The position numbers were made by a program, and so were the translations under genes. Positions 51,334-64,000 of a DNA stretch of 64,000 nt are shown piece by piece. The notes under the pieces were generated by a model. It searched no databases, was not told where the DNA came from, and saw only the letters and a program-made list of their open reading frames with translations. This stretch comes from the human T2T-CHM13v2.0 reference genome, Homo sapiens, in assembly GCF_009914755.1 (NCBI RefSeq), contig NC_060926.1; one strand, written 5' to 3'. Each line of letters opens with the position of its first letter. Position 1 is the first letter of the stretch.

Positions 51334-52194
51334 TATATGTAAAGTTTTTTTAATATTGGAAAAAATAGTGGAAATTATTTTTAAACAGTAGACTTCATTA
51401 GCTTTAAAGAAACTGGAAACTCCAAAGAGAGAATTATGAGAAGAAAGAAGAAAGAAAACTTCTGTAAAAATTTTACAAAAAAAATAGGGGTGCATTGCAT
51501 GTTAAAATAAGTTCTAGTATAGCAAGTAGCCTATGCCACATGATGATTCCACGCAGGATAAATTATGTCCTCCAAAAAAAAGGGCAAATCATAAATATAA
51601 TCCAGGATACAGGTGACAGTTTTGCCCCACAATTAAAAGGGTTGTTTAAAAAGTCTTTATATTTTTAATAGATAAATTTAAAAAGTGGATCTCAAACGTT
51701 TACTTTTAAATATAACCTGCTAATGTGGAAGGAGTTGTCTGTTGTTTGACTAGAGCTTTTGAAGGCATGAGACCAAACTCAGTCCTTACTTCCGCCAGTA
51801 GCAAAAATGTAAAAATACACCATGTATCCATATTCCATTGACCAGATTGCTTCTTTAGGGATATATCACCTCTGTAGGTTTATTTGAGAAGTAAAATGTA
51901 TCAAGGCAGTGTCCACATTTAAAATACTGTCAGAATTGGGAATCAAAAGACATGCATTTGAATCTAGACTGTCTCTTGTCAAGTATGTGGGATGGTAAAA
52001 AGGGTTTCATCTTAGAATCAGATGTGTTTTTCAAACCCAGCAACAGAATGTTTCTGAAGACCTATTTGTTCAAAAATTAAATGCAGAAAATAAAACCATG
52101 TTTTGAATAACGAAAAATAGGTCATATATATACATGTGTGTAAGTGTGTTCAGAAAATCTTCTATAAAAGTATCCACCACTTGATAATTTCCTT

Positions 52195-53740
52195 TCCTTC
52201 CACTAACTAGTGGAATGATCATGAGAAAGTCACTTAACTTCAGTGATCCTCACTTTTCTAACTGAAAAATAAAGTAGTTACACTCTGCGATGTCTAATAG
52301 TTTCCGATTAGTGTGGGAGATAGAATTCTCCAAAAGCAAAGTTTGTGAAAGCGCACAAAATTTCTGCACACGGGATTAAAGATGTATCTGTTATTTTTTT
52401 TAACTTCAGAAGATGGTGACCTTCTTCTAATCTCTGTTCATCTGGAATCCTATCTATCCCCACTCTTTTAAGATTAATTTACAATCAAGACCAGATGGTT
52501 CAAGGCTACCCATTTTCATATCCAGGGCCAATCATTTAATTATCAAATCTTCAACAAAAACATCTTGATTGGGCATGCAAATGCTTGCAGAAAGCATGAT
52601 AATGTACATGAAATACTAAGAACATATGTAAATATTTATGTATGAGTTTAGGGCATACTTATTAAAAGTGAGCATTTATATTTAAATGTCAACAGATAAT
52701 GTTGGCTATGGGACACTATAACAAGATGCTGTCTGGAATAACAATACATTAGGCTTATCCTAGCTTTGTCACTTGATCTCTTTGACCTTGTTCAAATGGC
52801 TTGACCTCTTAGAGTCTTCATTTCCTCATCTCTACATGGAAATCTTGAATTAAATGAGCTCCAATGTTATATCTAGCTCTAAATGTTATTCAGTTATAAA
52901 CGTCGATTGTGAAGACCACAAAATCACACTGAAAAATAGAAAAACCTGCTCTGTAACTTTCAGTCAGTTAAGAGTCATTATAAAATGTCCAGTTGTGTAA
53001 AGTCGTAGAGTCTGTAAGGTCTACTTTCAATGAAATTGAATTTTGCAGTTACCTCTGAACCATAGGTGCTGGTTTGGAGATCACTACAATAAATTTTCAG
53101 TATCTGATGCCTGGTCACTCTCTACCAGACTTGATATTAAGAAGAATATTTCTCTTTTCCTTTGTCTTATCTCTTCCTTCTCTTTGTCACTTAAAGAATA
53201 TACGGAAAGAGTTTAGTTGCCAATTAGGAATAGTATTTGCATTGGAAGCCATTACTCTAAAGACGACAAGGAATGAATGTGAGCTAACACTGATAAATCT
53301 TACTATATGCCAGGCACAGTTTGTACAGTATGGCATTTGATTGTGACATATTATTACAAATTATTATGAATTATTAATCATTACAACTCTATAGGGAAAC
53401 TATTATTAATCCCCCATTATCCAGAAAAGGAAATGACTACTGAAAGTTCAAAACTTTTAAAAGTCCACATGGCTAGTATTAGAAAAAGAATGTGAATCAT
53501 GCCTGTCCAGTTCTTTCCACAACACCCTTCTGTCACAGAAACAAAGATATTAGAATCCTCATAAATTAAATTTATATTACAAAAATAAGAGCCATGGGCA
53601 TTTTGTTCAATCACTTGGCATTAAAGGAAATGCTTGTTTTGTTCCGGTCACTGTGCTAGGCATGACAAATATAGCGTGGAAAAAAGCAGAAACTGACCTT
53701 ATTCTTATGCTCCATAAAATGGACTAGTTTGTCATATCTG
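52195..53740. mobile_element. Scattered MIR3 (about 52195-52290 and 52750-52890, plus), MIR (53283-53510, minus) and L2 (about 53620-53740, minus) fragments
   Basis: 'tgaccttgttcaaatggcttgacctcttagagtcttcatttcctcatct'; 'cttactatatgccaggcac...tattattaatcccccatt'. Confidence 0.6.
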
Positions 53741-55139
53741 AGTGACAGAAATAGAAGTATTTTTACTTGCTTTTTTTTGCATTTTTCCCATTTTCTAAAT
53801 AATCTATAACTTTCATAATCAGAAAAAATATTTGAAAGTAACCTTTTATCTTTCACAGTTGTATATACGATAGATATTGACCATATTCTTCCTTTTTTGG
53901 GTTGGGTTACAGTTAGTAGAAGCTATGCAATTTTTTAAGTGAGTTATTTTGGAGAATATCATATTGTAACGTTGCATAGATCTGTGTTTATTTTGATGTG
54001 GTGAACAAAAATAACAGAAAACATATATTAAAAAATTAAATTGAAATATTTTAAATGCTTGAGAAGAGAAAAATTCTCAGTTATGCTTTCTGTATATTGT
54101 ATCTAAGTAAGTTCAATATCCACTAACTCCCCAACCCGGTGATTCACCCCAATCCTTACGTTACATCCCGTAAGTCTCATTTTTATGTTCTCATTTGATT
54201 GAAGTAAATTCATAGAGCTAGTCACCCTCACACATATTCCCAACCTTTTCTCAAAATACTTAATGATCATTCAACCCATCATTTGCCCTTAGTAGAGTGC
54301 TCCCTGTTTTCTGTTGCTACTTTCACTCTTGACAGAGTGCACTTTAAAGAATCTTTTATGTACTGGACTCTTTTTTCGGATTCTGAGATTCTTAAGCGTA
54401 GGGTTTAGTCATTTTTTAATTATATATTTTCTATTTTTTAGCACATACATACACAACTGCATATTTTTAAAAGTCAGGTAGTACTACATGGATTATAAGG
54501 AAAAACAGCCATCTCCAGCTCTGATTCTTCTCTGGTCCTTTTGTTACTTTGATCTCTGCCTTTTGTGTTAGAAGTTTTTCTTAAAAGCTGTTAGGGCACT
54601 GAGTACAAACTTTGAGAACAGGAAGGGTTTCCAAACATCAGGGGTCTTGAATATTTCATCACGAGATTCCCAAATGTTAGTATCCATTTTTTTCCCCTCC
54701 AGAGCTATCACAGTTTCTTCAGAAAAATATGCCTGGTTTCTTAAACTGAGTGGAAGGAGGTTATAGGTCTTACCAGTTAGTGTGTTTTTTAGAACACAGT
54801 CCTGTGAGAATCTCTATAAAGCAAACAGATTCTTTGTTTAATGGTCAATAAAGAGAAAGTGCATGTAGGAGATAAGGCATTCCAGGATCTTCCTCCTAGA
54901 GCATCACTGTGTGTGCTACTCTACAAAAGGCTGCCTGCCTTTCTCTAATTTAGTGTATTCAAAAGTCTTCTGACCAAAGTTCCTTTTATCCTTTTTTTCC
55001 CTTTTTCTTGTTGAACAGAGTGGGAGAAGAAGTATATATGAGATTGTATACCTTGCCAATGGGTATACAATTTACAATTGTATTTACCTAGTGTCATCTC
55101 ATGACCATGGGACGCACTTTAAAAAATAATTATCTAAGA

Positions 55140-55461
55140 CAGAACTGCTCAATAGAAATATAACGCTGACTGCAAATGTGAGCCAGAGAAGTAATTTAAA
55201 GTTTCTTATTAGCTGCACCTTAAAAAGTAACAAGAAGTGGGTAAAATTAATGTTCATATTTATATTTTATTAATCCAAATACAGCAAAAATATCATTTCT
55301 TCCTGTTATCAGTATGAAAAATATTGAGATATTAATTTTGTTTTTGGACTCAGTTTTGAAATGCAATGTATATTTCACACATAATCATATTTTAATTTAG
55401 ATTAGCCACATTCCAAGTACTCAGTAGCCACACGGTATTAATGGCTACCATATTAGACAGC
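55140..55461. mobile_element. MER33 (hAT-Charlie)
   Basis: 'caatagaaatataa...gtaatttaaagtttc' and 'tagccacattccaagtactcagtagccacacggtattaatggctaccatattagacagc'. Confidence 0.9.
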
Positions 55462-55784
55462 TAATATAATCAAAGATCTTGACCTGGAGGCTTAGTATGT
55501 CTGTAAGATGTTCTTTGTTTGGAGGGTTAATTTCGCTTTTATAGAGAAAATAATTTTAAAATAGGGGACTAAACATGAGCCATTCCAGACTTCTAAATGT
55601 TCTTGAAAATTGGGAGGCTTTGGCCATATTGGGCCATTTGGCAACATTCTTCATTTGGTGACTCATAATCACCTGAGCCCAGTAATGACTGCACCTGCCC
55701 CCTTGGCCATACTCATTTGCAGATCATTTCACATATACACGTCACCTGCCCGGTTCTCACAGGGAGCTGAATTTGCAACTCCAA

Positions 55785-55900
55785 ATCTAGGCCAACCTTC
55801 CTTTCTTACAGATAAGAAAACTGAGTCCCAGAGAAGTGAATTCACTTGTCATTCAAGCTACAGATGGTAACAGAGCTAAAACTAAAAGCTGCGTCCATGA
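55785..55900 (-). mobile_element. MIR
   Basis: 'ttacagataagaaaactgagtcccagagaagtga'. Confidence 0.75.
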
Positions 55901-56334
55901 TAATGCTTTCTAGGGACATCAGGCTATTTTCTTAGGCCCAAACCTAAATCTTTCCCAGTTTAATTAGCCTATTTCTCCTTTTTTCCTCCACAGACTTTGA
56001 ACAATTGCTTGGAATCTTTCCTCTAAAAGCAACTCACATATAGAACTCATAGTTATGCAGTTTCTAGCTAATTATAGCTCCTCTTAACGTGATAAAAGCA
56101 ACTCTGACTTTCCAACAATCAAATAAATGCATTGTTTTCAAACTCTTAAAATGTCTGTGGCTCTTTTCTAGTCTTGGTGTGGTTTATTTAGAATAAAACT
56201 TCTTAAAAAATTAAGTACATACCACATTACAGAATTATTTAATAGCACCATAACTAATACTAAACATGGAGAAATTATTCTGCTTGCCATTCTGCTTAAT
56301 TAAATCAAATTAGCATTAAAACTATGAATAATTT

Positions 56335-56630
56335 TAAATATGAATCCAGACACAAAACAGCACATATGTAATTCAACTTATAGGAATTTCACGAATATGT
56401 GAAACTAACTGATGAAAATAGAAGTAGGAATAGTTGCTACCCCAAAAAGAGGGAGAGGTGTATTAATCTGGAAAAGTCATAAGGAAACCTCAGGACTGCA
56501 GGAGATGTTATATATTTTGATGTGAATGGGATTATACAGGTATATAGATATACATGTAAAAATTTATCCCTTGAGATTACTGCAGCTTCATACTTTATTA
56601 TATTTATTTTGATCTCAATTTTTAAAAGAA
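56335..56630 (+). mobile_element. L1MC/L1ME 3' end
   Basis: 'ccagacacaaaacagcacatatgtaattcaacttata...tagaagtaggaatagttgctacc...atacatgtaaaaattt'. Confidence 0.75.
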
Positions 56631-57636
56631 GAATATTGCATTTTTTATTGATTTGTTGCTGTGTTTTAACTTTCAGCTAAGATGTATAGAGCTTTACATA
56701 CCAGGATAGAGTCAAGTAAGTGAAATACAGTAAGCAATAGGGCTCAGAGGGTCCAAGGACACCAAAAGATAGAACAAAGGCATAAATACATACTTAGGGT
56801 TGCTTGCATAGTAATATCAGTTGCTCCACACACAAAAAAGTGATACTCGATAATCAGACCTTATATATGCTAAAATATACAATTGTCTAGTTTGGGATTT
56901 TTTTCAAATCAGATTTTACATCTGCCTGTGCCCTAGGACATTCAGACAGTGACTGATGCCAGTAAGCCTAATGTGTGACCAATATAGGCAAATTGCATTT
57001 TTTCTGGTTCATTTATTTTTTTAAGTTGTGTTAACTAGTTAAATAGTTTAAACATGCTCAAAGCCAAACAAAAGTAAAAATATTGCAAAGGAAAAGAGAA
57101 AATGTGTTTGCCTTTATTCTTAAACTAGTGGTTTACTGCATGGAATTTAGCGTGATTGACCATTGTAATTGCTTTTTCTGGAATGAGCAAGAACCATATT
57201 CTCATTCCTCTGCCACCACAAATACTAAGCAGTCACTGGAATGTCTCTTGTGGTATATTTGTGCGTTTATATCATGTCACTTCTACTAGAATTGTAATCA
57301 TTAATTGCTTAAGAGTTCATTCAGTTTAAAATATTTTCCATCAAAAGCCACTCTCAAATAAATACTCGGAATAAAATGGGAAGTAGTGAGGGGTTTTTAG
57401 AATATAGCTTTTAAAAAGCAGAAGTTAACTGTTTCATACTTTATAAATTGTGCCGACTTCAAATGCAACTTGCACAGTGAATTGTTTTTTATTTATGCAT
57501 ACAGAATTTCTTGGTTTCATACCATTTCATTGTGGTTTATAGTACTTCAAACAACTCTTTAAAAGACATTAAACTAGAAATCTCTCATAGTTCTTAGTAG
57601 CTAATCCAGATGCTTCCTTAAAATAAACCTGCAGGG

Positions 57637-57751
57637 ACCCCATTTTCCATGACGTGATTATTACATATTGCATGCCTGTATCAAAACATCTCATGTACCC
57701 ATAAATTTATACACCTATGTACCCACAAAAATTAAAAATTATAAAAAAAAA
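57637..57751 (+). mobile_element. L1MA1-3 extreme 3' end
   Basis: 'ccatgacgtgattattacatattgcatgcctgtatcaaaacatctcatgtaccc...gtacccacaaaaattaaaaat'. Confidence 0.92.
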
Positions 57752-59327
57752 TTTTTTCTTATGCATTTTCAAACAAAAAAATCCTGCAGGGGATAGATTC
57801 CAGTAGGAAATTCCTTTCAAGCAATAATTTTTTTTCCCAATGATATTTCAACAATGTCAACCAGTTTTTCAAGTTATATAAGGAGCAAAAAAAGTAACAT
57901 TTTTAGATAAATTTTACTCTTTACACCCAAATCTTTAAATATTAAAATTGTATTTTCTTTTCCCTTGGAGGAAGAAATAATTTATTATCTTAAGAAATAA
58001 TTGAGAAAATCTAGCTCTCCAATTTCTTAGTAATTGATCTCCTAGTATTCAGAAGCTGCATATATAAATGGGGTATTTGCTTTTTAAGCTTTATTTACAG
58101 CTTTTGCCAGATGAGGATGTACTCTGCATACTATAACTACGGATTTCCAGCTGTTACCAGAAATCTTGGTATGCACAGCTTTGGAACTCAAAGCATGTTT
58201 AAAGATCAGCCACTGGTAAGCCTAAAATAATATCAAGTATTAATGATTGGTAAACCTATTCAACAAAGGCTGCTGATTCATGAAGACCATAAAATTATAG
58301 GGATGAATATGCTCTTAATAAACCCTCTCTTTCTTTTGTCCACTTCAGGCTTGAGTCGACTACACTTAAATGAGCCTAAATAGAGGAGACATTCTGTATT
58401 TTAAAGACCAACTATTCCAGTAATTCGACAACTTCCTTTAGGGACCTGCTATGATGTTTCACCACCCTTCTTTTCAGAATATTCTTTTCCTTATTTGTCA
58501 TCAAAAGCCCTCTGGCTGCAGTTGAAATTTGAGCTGAGCCTGTGATTTTTCTACTTTTTGAGGAAGTATTTTCTGGTTTTTCATGGCCTGGAAATGCAAC
58601 CCCTAAAACAGAGTTAGAAGGGGCAGTGCTGAATCCTCCACACTTTGTCACCAACTCCCTTCTCTCTCCCCTGAACAACACACAAACACACAGTCACTTT
58701 GTTTCTCCATCTTTTTCTTGGCACACTTATACAATTTTATTCCCAACACGTAATTGAATGATCTCTCCCTGATTCCTGGTTTAGGGGAGAAAGATGAGTA
58801 AAAGTTAAAGTAAAATTATCTGGGCAGTTGATAATGCAGTCTCTGACCTTCTACCTAAACAATAATCAGCTGGTAAAGTCCCAGGGCCAGAAACCAAGTT
58901 AGGAGCCCAGTAATAAGGACAGGGGACAAAGAGCACTGGGGTAGACTGAGTTTTCCAAACTGGGACTGAGAGCAGTCTGGATTTAGTCTGAGAGCAAGAT
59001 GGATTTAGTCTGGAATCTAAGGCTGCAACACAAGAGTTGTTTAAATGATGTCTCTTGCTTCAGGTCAGGGTTGCACCATTCAGAATAAATGGTACAGTAA
59101 TCTCGTTGGTAAGAATGCTATAGTTATCATATGAAAAGGGAGGGGAGAACCAAGTCTAGAAACCAAGCCGTATCTGAAAAAAACTGTCTCCATTTGCAAA
59201 GTAACAAAACATTAAATAGCCAACAGAATTGTTATATAAACAATGGCAACTCAGTGGAATATCATGCAGTCATTCAAAATTATGACTATGACTATATAGG
59301 AGCATGAAAACATATTATAATATGAAG

Positions 59328-59723
59328 TGTTTTAGTTTGCTAAGTTTGTGATAACAAAATACTGCAAACTGGGTGGCTTAAACAACAGACTTTTATTTTC
59401 TCACATTCTGGAGGCTGGACGTCCAAGATCAAGCTGTTGGCAGGATTGGTATCTTTTCAGCTTGTAGATGGCCATCTTCTCCTCTTAGTGTCTTCACGTT
59501 GCCTTTTCTCTCTGTAAATGCATCCCCAGTGTCTCTTTGTGTGTCCAAATTTCCTCTTCTTACAAAGACACCAATCACATTGGAACTCACCCTAATGTCC
59601 TAATTTTAACTTAATTACCTCTTTAAAAGCCCTATCTGCAAATACAGTCACATTCTGAAGTGCTAGGGCTTAGGTGTTCAACATATGCATGGGGGGAGAA
59701 GACACAAAATCCAGCCCATAATA
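59328..59723 (-). mobile_element. MLT1B/C MaLR LTR
   Basis: 'aaactgggtggcttaaacaacaga', 'ttctggaggctgg', 'aatacagtcacattctga', 'cagcccataa'. Confidence 0.92.
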
Positions 59724-60425
59724 TGAGCAATAAGAAAAAAATGTTAGGATGATGTGAATTCCAGCAGCCACCACTCAGTAAGGCTTACTATATATTAGTT
59801 CCTTCAAATCTCACAAGAACACAAGCCACCATTTAAAAGGAAGAAACAGATACTCAAAGAATAAAACAATTTGCCAAAGTGCCCACAGTTATTACATATG
59901 GAAACTGGAATTTAAGGCCAGGTATGTATAACTTGAAGATTCATATTTTCACCATGCTAGGTTTACTCTCATGTCAGTGGGCTTATGATAAGTTAAAATA
60001 TAGCTATCTGATTTTTAAAAAGTACACATTATTATAGCATATTTTATGCAAATAAAAGAGAAATAAATATAGTTGAGAATTAAATATGCAGCAAGTTACT
60101 TTGCAAGGTGTCATATGGTCAGTGGATGGATAAGAAAGACGCAGTTCTTGCTTTTAGGAAGAGGGAAAATTTGCATGTATAAATGCATAAAACAGCTACA
60201 GGTAAGAAAAACAGATGTGATAACCACAAAACAGATTAATTATGAAGAAATTAATTGTCTTAATCATATTATGCTTACAACTAAGTTTTGGTAAATCCAT
60301 TTAAAATTTTGGTATTGTATATCAGTATGCATTAATTCATTAATTCATTCCATTATATTTATTGAGACTCTACCACATTTTAGACATGAATATATAGGCA
60401 TGAATAAAACAAAAATGGTTGCTTG

Positions 60426-60875
60426 AAGACATGGAATCAACCTAAATGCCCATCGATGACAGACTGAATAAAGAAAATGCAGTACATATACACCATGGAA
60501 CACTATGCAGCCATAAAAAAGAATGAGATCATGTCTTTTGTGGAAACATGGATGAAGCTAGAGGCTATTATCCTTAGCAAACGAATGCAGGAACAGAAAA
60601 CCAAATACCACATGTTCTAACTTATAAATGGGAGCTAAATGAGGAGAACTCATGAACGCAAAGAAGGCAATAACAAACACTGGAGTCTACTTGAGGGTGG
60701 AGGGTGGGAGGAGGGAGTGGTGCAGAAAAGATAACTACTGGGTGCTGGGCATAATACCTGGTGATTAAATGATCTGTATGACAAACCCCCGTGACATGAG
60801 TTTTCCTATGTACAAACCTTCACATGCACCCCTGAACCTAAAATAAAAGTTCAAAAAAAATAAAAATATAAAAAG
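60426..60875 (+). mobile_element. L1PA11-13-like 3' fragment inserted beside an antisense L2 tail (about 60330-60425)
   Basis: 'aagacatggaatcaacctaaatgcccatc' to 'cccctgaacctaaaataaaagtt'. Confidence 0.93.
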
Positions 60876-61134
60876 ATAGTCTAGGAGCCATAAATTATCT
60901 TGCCCTTTGCCCCTATGCAATAAGCCCCAAACACAAATAGATCGCAATCTTCACTAGCTAAGGGCTTCTTAGAGATCTCCCTTTTTGAGCAACGTATGAT
61001 TTAGCCTAACAATCCTAGCTCATCCTAAAGGAGTCCTTTCTGGCCATTAAAATCTCTCTTGCCACAAAAAAAAAAAAATAAAAATAAAAATAAAAAAAAA
61101 GTTGCTTGTAGCTTCCAGAGAGAATTTTCAAAAA

Positions 61135-61810
61135 TGGGGTCTTGAGACTATATGCATACAAACTATTTGAAATACTTTTTTTAAAAACAGATTCCTGGAC
61201 CTTTTCCAGAACTATTCGATCAGAATCTCTGAAGCTGGAAATGTTTATTTTCAAGAGTTCACCATCTAAAGTTTGTGATTTACTGGTCTACAGGGAAAGT
61301 CAATAAATGTGATGGGTGATATAATAATTATTTATTGTGTGATAAATTATCTCAAAACTTAGTATAACAGCAAATATTTATTATCTCACAGTTCTGTGGG
61401 TCAGGAATCTAGGTGCTTCTGCCTCAAAGCCTCTCCCAAGCTACTGGGACTGAAATCTCACCCAAAGGATGAACAGAAGGCCCAGCTTCCAAGCTTACTC
61501 ACAGAATTGTTAGAGGCTTCCCTTCCTCATAACCTGGAGGACTGAAGGCCTTGGTTCCTTGCTGGCTGTTGTCCAGAGGTCTTTCTTTGTCTTTTGTCAT
61601 ATTGGCCTCTTCATAGGGAAGCTCATGACATAGAAACTGTGAACAAACAAGAGAGCAAAACAAGACAAAAGCCAGGGCCTTTATGTAACCTCCTGTTAGA
61701 AGCATCATCAAATTCCATTAATCTGAAGCAGGTCTCTAGATCCAGCTTAAACTCAAGGTGAGGGAGGCGCAAGGGCAAGAATGCCAAGTCATCTCAGTGG
61801 TGTCCACCAC
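61135..61810 (-). mobile_element. MER5A/B fragment (61135-61290) and MLT1F-like LTR (61320-61810)
   Basis: 'acagattcctggacc...atcagaatctctg'; 'tttattatctcacagttctgtgggtcaggaatctagg', 'cttgctggctgttg'. Confidence 0.8.
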
Positions 61811-62705
61811 TTGTCCCTCACCCGGACTTGGAGGGTCAGCAAAGAGCCTCTAAGCTCAGACCTGAAGAATGAGTAGCCAACATGGCGGGGGAATGGAGGG
61901 GCCAAGGACTATTCCAGAGGGTGAGGAAAGCACCACAAACTCAGGGGATAGAGAGAGATCAGTGCATCCAGGGAAACCCTATTTGTCTGTCTTGTAGATT
62001 TCTCAGTCGTTATCAAAAGCACATTATTTGTGCTTGTTTCTGGGGACTTTAGAAGAAGTTCTTATCTCTACACTATCAGGATCAAGGGGAATTTTTCTTC
62101 AAGCAAATGAGATTCCAGAGATACTAAAATCTTTTATGAACCTTAAACCTGCTCTGTGTGGGTTTTTGTTATTAACAACAACAACAAACTAAAACTCACA
62201 CATGAAAATATAAAAATATATACGTTTAGTAGAAATAAGCTGGTTTGTTTTCTTTTAGTCCGTCTTTGTTGTGGCAGAAGTCTTTCACTAACAATAAATC
62301 CTTCTTTGCCCCATTTTAGCTTTAATTCTTCTTCATGCAAACGTGGTCCAGGTGTGGGCCACACATTAAAAAAAAAAGAAAAAAGAAAAAAGAAAATAAA
62401 ACTTACTGGGTATTTAAACTCTGTTCCTGACCGAAGGAAAAAAAAAAAAAACCCTCTCAACAGAAGCTGTTAATCTGAGTGGCAATGTGGATTGGAATAA
62501 ATTTATTTGAATTTTTTAGTCTGTATCATATAACCCAAATTCAAAGTGGGGAATTGTGGTATCATAGAGAAGGCTCTGACCTCAGCATCTGGGAGAATAG
62601 GGTTTTGCTGGTTTTGTTTGGGCCCCTAACTGATGAGTAAGCATGGGTAATTCAATTATCTTTGCAAGGCTTCTTGCCTAATCTGGTAAATAGTTTGAGA
62701 GAGAC

Positions 62706-62893
62706 CAGTGTGTTCTCAGTGTGGTGTCCAGATCAGTGCTTCAGAATCACCCAGAAGGAAACTTGTTAGAAATGCAAATTTGGGGCCCCACTTCAGACCA
62801 CTGAATCGGGAACTCCTGAGTGGAGTGCAAGACTAGCCATTTGAATAAGTGATTCAGTGCGTTCTGAGACATGCACGCATTTGAGAACCACTG
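62706..62893. mobile_element. MER5A
   Basis: 'cttgttagaaatgcaaatttggggcccca', terminal 'tttgagaaccactg'. Confidence 0.9.
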
Positions 62894-63039
62894 AGCAAGA
62901 AAATCTCAGATCTTTCCAATCTAAAATCTAGAGGATTCTGGAACTTTACGGGGGTAGCAAAAAATAATAGAAATGGTAAAGTTTTCCAATTAAAAAATTA
63001 AGATTGTTTTTGGACAAATAAAGGACATGCTAGCACATA

Positions 63040-63215
63040 ATTCTCCATCACATAACCATTAGGAGAGATAGATCAGTGTAGATTATTATTTAAGCCCCTA
63101 TATTGTAGAGACAAGTAAAACCAGGTATGGGCAGATTAAGCAAATACACCCAAGGTCACAAAGCAAATAATGGCAAAGTCAGAACTCATATCCAGAATCC
63201 TGACTCCTGGTTTAA
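63040..63215 (-). mobile_element. MIR
   Basis: 'cccaaggtcacaaagcaaataatggcaaagtcagaactc'. Confidence 0.75.
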
Positions 63216-63428
63216 TATGTCTCCCTCTCCACAGCTATTACTACCTCTGTTTCAATAGGCTTGGGTACTGTATTTTGCCCACATACATTCTCTAGACACA
63301 GAAGCCAAGCATTATCTATCTGTAAATGTTTTGACTCAAATTTTACCTCTGATATCAATGGTTTTTCTTAAAGCACAAATCACGATAGAACACAAATACA
63401 TGAGTATCTTGAGAAATAAAGCATATAA

Positions 63429-63805
<377 letters not shown>

Positions 63806-64000
63806 CTACAACTAAAGTTTCCTAAAGTTTTCATTCAAACTTTCATCTTTAAAATTGATAGTGCCATTAAAATAAAGGGACAAAGACATTAACTGTTCAG
63901 TAATTACTATTAGATCTCTCATGGTACTTGAAAAACATCATCCTCTTAAAAGATATAACAGGTAGTAATGGTTAATGGCCTAATTTGCTTCTAATTTTTA

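Noticed and set aside
50923-51495. Longest ORF (190 aa) and similar ORFs at 17443, 17846, 19906, 19979 and 63545
   Set aside because: Alu-derived frames (e.g. [24 protein letters not shown]) plus microsatellite; not genes.

Overview
AT-rich primate (very likely human or great ape) intergenic or deep-intronic DNA. I see no intact protein-coding gene, rRNA, functional tRNA, CpG island or CRISPR array. The ORF track is explained by Alu/L1/microsatellite frames and chance ORFs. Much of the window is recognisable interspersed repeat: about 9 Alus, L1PA/L1PB/L1MA/L1ME pieces, L2, MIR, L3, MamSINE1, MaLR/ERVL LTRs, and hAT/mariner MITEs. The main finding is absent from the ORF track. On the minus strand at about 36861->34750 lies a heavily decayed LINE. 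Its ORF1 has a ZCCHC3-like N-terminal domain, tandem CCHC zinc knuckles (CFRCLDSEHKGSNC-GQRGW-CNLCKEEKHLPWGW) and an acidic tail. It is followed by collinear APE-endonuclease motifs of an ORF2. This is Tx1-clade architecture, not mammalian L1. Other observations: a non-TE 130-bp duplication carrying a palindrome, a dense motif cluster at 29.1-29.4 kb, a TE-poor block at 40.3-47.5 kb with an 18-nt microexon candidate, a twin-primed L1MA, and several template-switch scars. Repeat family names and the ZCCHC3 comparison come from recalled consensus/protein sequences, not database searches, so subfamily labels and boundaries are approximate.
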